Assembly (NCBI GenBank): GCA_016839745.1
Contig: JAEOTS010000141.1
Coordinates: 2,138-66,137, forward strand
DNA: 64,000 nt
Origin: Promethearchaeota archaeon
GTDB lineage: Archaea > Asgardarchaeota > Lokiarchaeia > Sigyniarchaeales > SOKP01
Direction: 5' to 3'
The translations under genes were made by a program, and so were the position numbers. The notes beneath the pieces are model-generated. The model worked only from the letters and a program-made list of their open reading frames with translations. It ran no database searches and was not told where the DNA came from. Below, one piece after another: positions 47,642 through 56,238 of this stretch (position 1 is its first letter; every line of letters begins with the position of its first letter).

Positions 47642-49015
47642 TTAGGAAGATTTTACTTTTCCCATTTTACTTTCGTGTAATTCCGCAAGTTTTTCCTTCA
47701 TTTCTAAAACTTTGTTCTTCGTAAATGGATAAAAATAGAGAGCAACTAATGAAATTCCTATTGCGATCGCAGGAACGATTACAAATAAAAACCTTAAGCC
47801 AACCTTTACATCTGGTATGTTAGGCACATATTCTTCCCATCCTGTTTCTGTAAAGACTATGCTTATTGTAATAATGGAAAGAACCATCGAAAGTCGCATA
47901 AAGAAATTAGCAATACCAAAATACATTCCTTCTCTTCTGACACCCGTTTTTAACTCGTCGTGGTCAATGCAATCTGCAACAATGTACCAGATAAAATACA
48001 GCATCCCTCCAAAACCAATACCCATTAGAATTACGACGAAAATCGATATCATATATGAAGAAATAAATAACATCGGTATAGTTGCTAGTACGTACGAGAC
48101 CATTGATATCCCATATCCAAGTCTCCCACCAAGTTTAACATCGAGCTTTTTCCATAAAAACATAGATACAATTCCAACAATATACAATAATCCCATGAGG
48201 ATCGATGTTTCGAAAGCTGTAGTTGTTCCGAGGATTTCTGCGGAAAATAGCGGCACAATAGTAGCGAGCAATAATAGGATATACTCATAAAAGAAGAACA
48301 TAATAATGTAGAGCACAAATCCTCTGTTCTTAAATGTGATCTTCAACGCTTTAAAGTAACTAAATCCATGCTTGTAATCAAGTTTAAACTCCTCTCTTTC
48401 AACAGCACCCCATTTAAGAAATATAAACATTGCGACTCCAACGATTATAGCTGTTACAATACCATTCATCAAGTACCCATCTATTGTGTCTTGTTCTCCG
48501 ATAAAAATTCCTGGAACAAGAGCTGCTAAGATCAAACCAATCGCTGCTAAGATCTGTCTTATAGTGTTAACTTGGGTTCTTTCCTCTACCGTCGTATATA
48601 ATTCTGGAAACAGAGAATCTGTAGGAAGCGCAATCAGTGTATAAGCCGTATCGTATAACAATAACATAATAAGAAGATAAAAGAATTGCGCCATATCTCC
48701 ACTTAAAGGAGGTAACCAAATTAAGATCTCCAAGGCTAATACCGGAATTACACCAACCATAATATAAATCCGTCTACGCCCCCATCGGCTATTTGTTCTA
48801 TCCGAAAGGTATCCAATCAAAGGATCGTTTATCGCGTTCCAAATTGTCCAAATAATAAACGCCGTTCTGATTAAACCAACATCCATGCCTACCGCAGCGA
48901 AATAAAATGTAAAGACCCACAGATTAAATGCACTATTAATGAACCATTCTACGCCATTCCCTAAAGAAAAACTCCATTTTTGACCTTTACTAAATCGTGT
49001 ACTCATATAAATCAA
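47642..49015 (-). CDS. GPH / MFS_2 family cation symporter
   Basis: Signature DPLIGYLSDRTNSRWGRRR in loop 2-3. About 12 TM. Confidence 0.8.
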   Translation of the reverse strand: MIYMSTRFSKGQKWSFSLGNGVEWFINSAFNLWVFTFYFAAVGMDVGLIRTAFIIWTIWNAINDPLIGYLSDRTNSRWGRRRIYIMVGVIPVLALEILIWLPPLSGDMAQFFYLLIMLLLYDTAYTLIALPTDSLFPELYTTVEERTQVNTIRQILAAIGLILAALVPGIFIGEQDTIDGYLMNGIVTAIIVGVAMFIFLKWGAVEREEFKLDYKHGFSYFKALKITFKNRGFVLYIIMFFFYEYILLLLATIVPLFSAEILGTTTAFETSILMGLLYIVGIVSMFLWKKLDVKLGGRLGYGISMVSYVLATIPMLFISSYMISIFVVILMGIGFGGMLYFIWYIVADCIDHDELKTGVRREGMYFGIANFFMRLSMVLSIITISIVFTETGWEEYVPNIPDVKVGLRFLFVIVPAIAIGISLVALYFYPFTKNKVLEMKEKLAELHESKMGKVKSS

Positions 49016-49033
49016 CTTAATACTAATTTAGAA

Positions 49034-49069
49034 TTTAATAGAGAATTAAATTTTAATAGAGAATTAAAT
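49034..49069. promoter_or_regulatory. two perfect tandem copies of an 18-nt unit, each containing a 7-5-7 palindrome (operator-like)
   Basis: tttaatagagaattaaat occurs twice (49034-49051 and 49052-49069). ATTTAAT-AGAGA-ATTAAAT is an inverted repeat. It lies 19-54 nt upstream of the GPH transporter start codon. Confidence 0.5.
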
Positions 49070-49155
49070 TTTCAATACTATTTTAAATTGATTAAAATTA
49101 AAATACTCACTAGGAAGAGTTAAGATTATACCTTAAAATACCGATTCCTTATTAA

Positions 49156-49395
49156 CTACACGCGTGAATATTTCTCTATGATGTAATTTTGGAGGGACCA
49201 AGCGTATTTCTCAAGATTTAAAAGCAATACTTTTTGCTGAATTTCTCTTAAGTATGACACTTCTAAGTTTTTAAATAAACTTTCGAGATGATCAATGGTT
49301 TCGAAAATATCTACTATATTCTTCCAATCCCTCTCCCATTCCTCATCATGAATTTCAATTTGTTCCATCTTATGAAATCCTAGGGTGACATTCAT
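49156..49395 (-). CDS. hypothetical small protein
   Basis: 79-aa acidic ORF with no motif recognised. Confidence 0.4.
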   Translation of the reverse strand: MNVTLGFHKMEQIEIHDEEWERDWKNIVDIFETIDHLESLFKNLEVSYLREIQQKVLLLNLEKYAWSLQNYIIEKYSRV

Positions 49396-49446
49396 TAAAA
49401 AATGTTTAGATATCTAAGATTTAGTAATTTTGATTAGGGTAAAAAA

Positions 49447-50610
49447 TTATAGATATAAATGAAAATTTTTTTCGATTAAATCTTTCAAACCACTGAATTC
49501 TGAGACATTTATAATCTTGTTGATGTCTAGAATCTCACTAAGTTCATTCTTATACTTTCGATTAAACTCGTATGAAAACTTATTCATGAAATCTTCTACT
49601 ATACTATTTTTTCTATTGGTAATAACAATTAAAGCGTAGCCGCTCTCTTCTTCATATTTAACAGCTATATCAGCTTCCTTAGTTTGAATAACATTAATTT
49701 TGTCTTTTTTATCTAAAAATTCGCTAAGAATATGATTTAAACCTATAAGGATATTACCCCAGATTGTGGAATCGTTATTAGAATCAGTTTGGTCTTCAAA
49801 ATCATAGGAATATAGCAATATACCCGATTTATGATAAATATTAATAGAATATATTCTATTTGGTAAAACGAAAAATAATTCCGGTCTTCTAATGATCATT
49901 ATACTAACACCGAAGTATGAGATCCAGAGAATTATTATGGATAAATCTCTTATAAAAAAATCTCTAAAGGGAGTTTGATGGAACAAGATATAAAGAATAT
50001 TAAGTAGAATTGGTATTGAAAAAATAATAGCATTTATAAGTATCGGCAAGGTTTCTTCTTTTTTTTTTGATTGGATATTTATTATTATTGCTATATAAAG
50101 AAAATGAGAGATAACTAGTATTTGGAAAAAGATTATTATTACTCCAGTAATGAAATTAAAGAAATAATTAATTAGAGAAGGATCAATGAAAATAATTGAT
50201 GAAGGAAGAGATATACTAAGACTTAACATTATTGAATCAGGAATTAATAAAGCACCAATTAATAAACCAAGAAAGAGGGTGTAGAATAAAAACGGAAAAG
50301 ATTTTATTTTTTTATATTCTCTAAAGGATGAGAAGAGAAGCGAAGTTACTATTAGTGAAACAAACCATGCTAAAATTGAGAATTTCCAGAAGAAAATATT
50401 AATCTGTTCCGAGATGAAAAAAACTACTGAAAGTGTGTAAAATGTAGCATGCATAAAACCTAAGCTAAAGGTTGTAGCTGCAATCAATAAACCCATAAAT
50501 GGTGTTCCATAGTTCTTTCGATTTCTTATAACGTGAAATGACACTATTAAACTTAAGGATAGTATGAAAAAATAACCAATAATTAATGATAAGGGAGTTG
50601 TATAATTCAT
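49447..50610 (-). CDS. 7-TM membrane protein with C-terminal cytoplasmic longin/roadblock-like domain
   Basis: About seven hydrophobic helices. They are followed by IYSINIYHKSGILLYSYDF...IWGNILIGLNHILSEFL...ADIAVKYEEESGYALIVITNR...VEDFMNKFSYEF (beta-beta-alpha-beta-beta-alpha). Confidence 0.6.
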   Translation of the reverse strand: MNYTTPLSLIIGYFFILSLSLIVSFHVIRNRKNYGTPFMGLLIAATTFSLGFMHATFYTLSVVFFISEQINIFFWKFSILAWFVSLIVTSLLFSSFREYKKIKSFPFLFYTLFLGLLIGALLIPDSIMLSLSISLPSSIIFIDPSLINYFFNFITGVIIIFFQILVISHFLYIAIIINIQSKKKEETLPILINAIIFSIPILLNILYILFHQTPFRDFFIRDLSIIILWISYFGVSIMIIRRPELFFVLPNRIYSINIYHKSGILLYSYDFEDQTDSNNDSTIWGNILIGLNHILSEFLDKKDKINVIQTKEADIAVKYEEESGYALIVITNRKNSIVEDFMNKFSYEFNRKYKNELSEILDINKIINVSEFSGLKDLIEKNFHLYL

Positions 50611-50697
50611 ATTTACATAAATCTACTAATAATATGATGCCATTTGAAAGTCAAAAGAATACTTCTTTCTTTTAATAGAAGAAACTTTTGTTTTTAA

Positions 50698-51798
50698 TTA
50701 TTTCTCAGGAAGAAAGTGACGAAAATTCTGATCAATGAGCTCTTTAGCATTTTTAAATTTAGATACATCTATTAAACCACTTAATTTTTTTAAGCTTTCT
50801 TTATTGATTGTGGAGAACTCGTTCATAAAGTTTTCAATTGATTTTTCTAGGATCTTATTTCTATGTTTTGCTATTAATAAGGCAGCATAACCTAATTGGG
50901 TATTGAAATTAAATACAACTGCACGCTCTTCCATTTTTATGTGCGTTACTTGAGCTTCTAAATTAGATAAGTTAGCCAAGATATGACTTATTCCGATCAA
51001 AATACTACCTTTCAAGAGACTCTCGTCAACTTCTTCTCTTGTTTGAAAGTTATAGGAGTAAAGCAAGATTCCTGATTTATGGAAAATAATAAAATCATAT
51101 ATCTTATTTGTAAAAACTGCAAACAAATTAGGTTTATTAACGATAATATGGACAAAATATCCAAAACCAATAGCATAGAAGGATAAATGAAGTATTTTAA
51201 AATAAATATTTGGAGTAATAATATAGAAATTGTAAAGTAAAATGTGTAAGCTAAAAAGAAACATAAAGATATAATAATATTTGCCTAATTTCTTATCAGC
51301 AAACTTATTATATCCTTTTATTTGTATTATCCAAGAAAATAGAACAACACAAAAACTAAATAGGTTAATTGAAGCTAGTAAATTAGTATTGTTAAATAAG
51401 TAGTAGTATTCAATCCCTATTTGGATTACTTTAAAAGAATTAGGAACGAATAATAAGCTTAAAATGACTCCTCCCATAAAAATATAAATCAGTACGGGTA
51501 GAAATCGCACTTTACTGTCTTTATTTAACTCGAGGTTCTGGATTGCTGCAAACATTCCTATAGAAAAATTTCTTGTAATAATTGAAAGATACCATATAAA
51601 CAATGTTGATGGGATTTCGAAGAAAGTTTCTGCTGATAAATTGAATGAAATAAAATATGTTATTTCACTTATTAAGTATACAATAAGAATAATAATAAAT
51701 CCTATTTCAGCTTCGTAATTCTCTCTTTTAAATATTACATAAATTAAACCAGATCCTAAGAATATAATAAAAATACTGATAAATATGCTTGCAATCAT
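50698..51798 (-). CDS. 7-TM membrane protein with C-terminal longin/roadblock-like domain (tandem paralog)
   Basis: Same architecture. The C-terminal block is IYDFIIFHKSGILLYSYNF...LKGSILIGISHILANL...RAVVFNFNTQLGYAALLIAKH...IENFMNEFS. Confidence 0.6.
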   Translation of the reverse strand: MIASIFISIFIIFLGSGLIYVIFKRENYEAEIGFIIILIVYLISEITYFISFNLSAETFFEIPSTLFIWYLSIITRNFSIGMFAAIQNLELNKDSKVRFLPVLIYIFMGGVILSLLFVPNSFKVIQIGIEYYYLFNNTNLLASINLFSFCVVLFSWIIQIKGYNKFADKKLGKYYYIFMFLFSLHILLYNFYIITPNIYFKILHLSFYAIGFGYFVHIIVNKPNLFAVFTNKIYDFIIFHKSGILLYSYNFQTREEVDESLLKGSILIGISHILANLSNLEAQVTHIKMEERAVVFNFNTQLGYAALLIAKHRNKILEKSIENFMNEFSTINKESLKKLSGLIDVSKFKNAKELIDQNFRHFLPEK

Positions 51799-51938
51799 CT
51801 ATCTTATTAGAATTCTTCAGTGATGAATTTCCTTTTCTTTCTTGTCAAAATTGATTGAAGAAAGTATTATATAAATATATATTGGTCTAGCACCTTATAT
51901 GAAGTTTTACATGATATTCTGTAAATAATATTGATCTA

Positions 51939-52445
51939 TTAACTTACTTTTCTCCTTATATTGCCTTTTAACCATCCAATTTTACTTGTTTCTCGATTAT
52001 CAAACTGAGGTATGAAGGGTTTGATATCTATTATGGGTGTTTTATCCAAAATATCTAACTTGTTGACATATATAGTATTATCTTTAATTTCAATAAGTTC
52101 TAATACAGATATTCCAATAGGATTTGGCCTAAAGGGAGTACGTATTGCAAAAACACCCTTAATTTCGTCTTTCAAAAAGGGTTTTGACTGAAGTGGGACG
52201 GGTAACCTTACCATGTCAAAAAAATATATACAAAAAATGTATGAAAACCCATCTAAGTCTTTTAAAGCGTCTTGATAACGCTTAAATATCTCTATCTTTC
52301 CTTTCGCATTTGACATGCTTGGTTGGATAGGTATTCCCGTTAAATCTGTAAATGGAGAATTTATTATCCCGATTGGGCTAAAACAAATTTCTTCTGGAAA
52401 TTTTCTTTCTTTAAAGCTATATAGCTCTCTTTTGCTGATTTCCAT
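51939..52445 (-). CDS. trmO: TsaA/TrmO-family tRNA methyltransferase (UPF0066)
   Basis: PIGIINSPF, GIPIQP, LKDLDGFSYIF, FAIRTPFRPNPIG and DKTPIIDIKPF blocks. Confidence 0.8.
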   Translation of the reverse strand: MEISKRELYSFKERKFPEEICFSPIGIINSPFTDLTGIPIQPSMSNAKGKIEIFKRYQDALKDLDGFSYIFCIYFFDMVRLPVPLQSKPFLKDEIKGVFAIRTPFRPNPIGISVLELIEIKDNTIYVNKLDILDKTPIIDIKPFIPQFDNRETSKIGWLKGNIRRKVS

Positions 52446-52548
52446 AATCTTTAAGAACTCTTAATTAAATATAAAACTTTATTCTGGTTAGATAGAACTA
52501 TAGTAAGATAAAATTTTATTTAACTTATAATATCCTTAACCGAACTAT

Positions 52549-54477
52549 ATGAGCGATTTTACTGATTTTCTAATTGAAAGGGGAATAATATCAAACTTAA
52601 TGAAACGCTATGGAATCAATGTAAGAGATAATGAAGTAAACGATTTCATTCATAAAATTGTTGAAAATTTATCTGAAATCGATTCTAAAGAAATATATCA
52701 TAAAGAAAAAGGGGATGATCACAGTTTTGAATTGGATATCATGGCTAAATTATACGAAAAAGATGTTCCTCATTCCCAAAGAAAAATAATGGGTGAATTT
52801 TTCACGCCCATTCAAATAGTTGATTACATATTAAAGAGTGTTGGGTATATAGATCAGCAAGATATTGAAAATAGAAAGTTAATAGATTTGAGTTGTGGTT
52901 CTGGGAGTTTTTTAATTAGAGCAGTGAAAGTTCTCTTAGGAAAATTAAGAAAGCAAGCTACACCGAAAGGGAATTCAGAGTTAACTCCTGAACAAGCTCA
53001 AATGATTATATCTAAAATTATAGTAAATATTTCTGGTATTGACATTAGTCCAGTTGCCTGCATTTTATGTCAAGTCAACTTGTATTTTTCTCTCTTCGAA
53101 TTTTTTAAGATTATCGTAAAAGAAAATAAAGATTACCTCATACCAGAATTCAATATTATCAATAAAGATACCCTCCAATATAATTTTACTAACAAATACA
53201 ACTATGTAGTAGGAAATCCCCCTTATTTATTCATTCGCGCGATTCCACAAAAACATAGAAAAATAATTGAAAAACTCCCTCTGAAGACAAATAAGGGTCA
53301 ATATGATTATTATCAATTATTTATCGAAATTGGAATAAAAATTCTTGAAGAAGGTGGGGCATTAGGATATATAATTCCTGATTCTCTTTTAGTTCTCTCA
53401 AACCGCAAAATTATTAGAATACACATCTATCACTTAACTAGAATAAAAGAAATATGTTATTTAGGTTTAGGATTTAAGGAGCCCGTTGTTTCGAATATAA
53501 TTCTAGTTTTACAGAAAGAACCAAGAGAAAAAGAAAGGCTAAACAATAAAATATTAATTAAACAATCTTTAAAAAACGATCGATCAGAATCTTATCTAAA
53601 ACAACATGATATTGGAAAATGGGATTATAACTTTCTTATCAATCTAACTCAGAGAGATATAAATATCCTTGAACAATTAAATTCGGGCTTTCCTAAATTA
53701 TTTGATATTATGAAAGATTCACGATTTAGGATTTTAATAAGCAGAGGAGTGGAATTAGGAAAAGAAGGTGAGATAATTTACTGTGAAGTCTGTGGTAAGA
53801 ATTTGCCGCTACCAAAAGGTAATTTGGAATGTCCTGAATGCGGTTCCTTCTTAAATTCAAATTCAGTAGATAAGATCGTAGTAGATGGCATTTCTAAGGA
53901 ATCAGAAAACGCTTATGTACCGTTTGTATATTCACTAAATAGATATGTAATCAGAAATTATAAGTATATTAAACTTGGTGTAGAGGGGATTAATTATAAA
54001 AACCACGAAATTTACAAAAGCAAAATCGTTATTAGGCAGTTAAGTCAAGAGAACATGATATGTGCTGCTTATGATGAAAATGCGTTTACATCTCAATCGA
54101 TTTATAACCTAAAAATTATTCAGACCCCTGTTTTAGAATTTAACCAATATTATCTTTTAGGTCTATTAAATTCTCACTTACTCTCGTACTACCTTATAAA
54201 ATCATTTAGCTCTTATAAAAGATTATTTCCAAGGATTTTAATAGAAAAATTAAGGAGTTTACCTGTTAAAATTCCTGAAAGCAATGAGGAGAAGGGACTT
54301 GCAAATAAAATTATCGATCTTGTTAAAAAAATCTCAATTTCATGTAAAAAAGATGATAATCTATATATCAAGCTACAAAATAGTTTAGATTCTCTTATTT
54401 TTGATCTCTATAATATTTCAGAAGAACAAAGGTTGTACATTTCAAATTTTATAAAAGTAGGGAAGAAAAGTAATTAG
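52549..54477 (+). CDS. N6-adenine DNA methyltransferase, Eco57I/TaqI-like gamma class, with inserted zinc ribbon
   Basis: Motif I LIDLSCGSGSFL and motif IV VVGNPPY. CEVCGKN...CPECG is inserted in the target-recognition region. No nuclease domain is evident. Confidence 0.8.
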   Translation: MSDFTDFLIERGIISNLMKRYGINVRDNEVNDFIHKIVENLSEIDSKEIYHKEKGDDHSFELDIMAKLYEKDVPHSQRKIMGEFFTPIQIVDYILKSVGYIDQQDIENRKLIDLSCGSGSFLIRAVKVLLGKLRKQATPKGNSELTPEQAQMIISKIIVNISGIDISPVACILCQVNLYFSLFEFFKIIVKENKDYLIPEFNIINKDTLQYNFTNKYNYVVGNPPYLFIRAIPQKHRKIIEKLPLKTNKGQYDYYQLFIEIGIKILEEGGALGYIIPDSLLVLSNRKIIRIHIYHLTRIKEICYLGLGFKEPVVSNIILVLQKEPREKERLNNKILIKQSLKNDRSESYLKQHDIGKWDYNFLINLTQRDINILEQLNSGFPKLFDIMKDSRFRILISRGVELGKEGEIIYCEVCGKNLPLPKGNLECPECGSFLNSNSVDKIVVDGISKESENAYVPFVYSLNRYVIRNYKYIKLGVEGINYKNHEIYKSKIVIRQLSQENMICAAYDENAFTSQSIYNLKIIQTPVLEFNQYYLLGLLNSHLLSYYLIKSFSSYKRLFPRILIEKLRSLPVKIPESNEEKGLANKIIDLVKKISISCKKDDNLYIKLQNSLDSLIFDLYNISEEQRLYISNFIKVGKKSN

Positions 54478-54488
54478 ACGTGGATCAT

Positions 54489-54710
54489 TTAAGTCAAATC
54501 TTTTTTCCCTATGTAGGTTTTTAAAATTTTATCCCACTTTTCTGCTAGATCTGTTAATCCCGTTTTCCTAAAAAGATTCACAGCCCTGAATAAAATTTCC
54601 TCTACTTGGTGTTCTCCTACTAAACCTTTTTTCAGAGGTGTATTATCCATCATAGATGAAAGTAAAAATATTTCAAATAAAAAGGAGAATAATATGGTGA
54701 TATATAACAA
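54489..54710 (-). CDS. small hypothetical protein (N-terminal TM + helical C-terminus)
   Basis: 73-aa ORF. Its C-terminal half is paralogous to the 49-aa ORF at 54788-54937. Confidence 0.4.
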   Translation of the reverse strand: MLYITILFSFLFEIFLLSSMMDNTPLKKGLVGEHQVEEILFRAVNLFRKTGLTDLAEKWDKILKTYIGKKDLT

Positions 54711-54787
54711 AGGAAAAGTATTCTTTAAAAAAAATCCAGAGACGCTTCTAATACTTCGGCATTAAAAATAAACGTTTCATTCCGATA

Positions 54788-54937
54788 TTATCGAATTTTT
54801 TTTGCATTTTCATAGGCTTTTAGAACTTGTTCTCCCTTTTTTGCTAGATCAGTTAGTTCTGTTTGTTTACATAAAGAAATTACCCGACCTAGAATTTTAG
54901 CTATGTTTTCCTCGTGTTTTATTACGCGTTCTTCCAT
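54788..54937 (-). CDS. small hypothetical protein (49 aa), paralog of the C-terminal half of 54489-54710
   Basis: Not in the ORF track. Manual translation gives MEERVIKHEENIAKILGRVISLCKQTELTDLAKKGEQVLKAYENAKKIR. It aligns with ...HQVEEILFRAVNLFRKTGLTDLAEKWDKILKTY... Confidence 0.4.
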   Translation of the reverse strand: MEERVIKHEENIAKILGRVISLCKQTELTDLAKKGEQVLKAYENAKKIR

Positions 54938-55078
54938 TCTAAAAAAACTATGGAAGTTCTGAAATAAATAAATCTATGTTATGGAGATAATCAGAGTGTA
55001 ATTAAGACGTATTGTAGCAATTTTATAGCTATATTTATATTTTTTAAAACTATACTATTTTTAATAGAACAAGCAATT

Positions 55079-56068
55079 ATGATGATTCCTATGGAAAATC
55101 TACCCAACCTTGATTTACTTCAATCGTTATTAACAAATTATATGTTTGATATTGACGGTGCTGTAGCGGTGGCAATTTGCGATAGAGATGGTTTTATTAT
55201 CGCATCAGAAAGCAAAGAAAAAGGAGGAAAAGATTCTGATTCCGTAATGGGAGCAATTTCAGCATTTCTAGATATATATATTGACCGAATAAAGAGCGAG
55301 TTCCAGACGCAGAGTAACTTTTTCAATATTACATCGATGCAAGATAAAAAATTTGCGTATTGTTCCATGGGACCTCGGTCTATATTAACTACTATAGCTG
55401 ATCCTACTACTTCAGATGTCGAGTTAAGAATTTATTCGGAATATATTGCTGGAAAGATTGAACTCGTGTTAGAGGGCTACGATAAAGTCTCAACAGATAT
55501 ACCAGAGATTATTCGAGTGTTGTCAAAAAGAAGAGAAGGTAAGCTTCCTAAGGGCCAGTTCACATCGAAACTGATATTAACGGGGGATTTCAAAGTCGGA
55601 AAATCGTCTCTGATTCGAAGATTTATTGAAAATCTGTTTTCAGATAGCTATATCTCAACTATAGGAGTTGAAATTTCTAAAAAAACCGTAATTATGGACG
55701 AAGACACAGAAGTTAACTTTGTTTTGTGGGATATCGGAGGTCAAATCAGCTCAATGGCACCATATAGGCATAGGTTTTACGAGGGGGCGAGCGCAGCTTT
55801 TATTGTAATAGATAGAACCCGTCCAAATAATCTAGAAAGTGTAAAAACGTGGTATAAAGATATTAAAGAATCTGTACCACGCAATATACCAGTTGTTATA
55901 GTTGGTAACAAATCGGATTTACAAGAAGAATTAGTCGTTAGTGAAGAGGAAATAAAGGTAGTTGCTAAAGAACTTGGTTTCCATTACATTTTAACATCAG
56001 CTCTAACGGGGGAAAATGTCAACGAGGCATTCCTTTACATTGCATACAGATTCATCGAAAAAATGTAA
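55079..56068 (+). CDS. Roadblock/LC7 domain fused to canonical Rab/Ras-like small GTPase
   Basis: The N-terminal ~135 aa have alpha-beta-beta-alpha-beta-beta-alpha topology (AVAVAICDRDGFIIASES...). The GTPase has intact G1 GDFKVGKSS, G3 WDIGGQ, G4 GNKSDL and G5 TSAL. Confidence 0.8.
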   Translation: MMIPMENLPNLDLLQSLLTNYMFDIDGAVAVAICDRDGFIIASESKEKGGKDSDSVMGAISAFLDIYIDRIKSEFQTQSNFFNITSMQDKKFAYCSMGPRSILTTIADPTTSDVELRIYSEYIAGKIELVLEGYDKVSTDIPEIIRVLSKRREGKLPKGQFTSKLILTGDFKVGKSSLIRRFIENLFSDSYISTIGVEISKKTVIMDEDTEVNFVLWDIGGQISSMAPYRHRFYEGASAAFIVIDRTRPNNLESVKTWYKDIKESVPRNIPVVIVGNKSDLQEELVVSEEEIKVVAKELGFHYILTSALTGENVNEAFLYIAYRFIEKM

Positions 56069-56238
56069 TTGAAATATTAATAACTTTTTAAATTCCTTGC
56101 TTATTCTTAAATTTGTAAAATAGATATCGAATATAGACGATAAGAATTTTTAAAACATTCAAAGGAGGTTATTGAAAAATAGTATTAAAGGTTTTATTCA
56201 ACGATGTTTTGGCTGCTTGAAATCAATCTGGGTATCTA

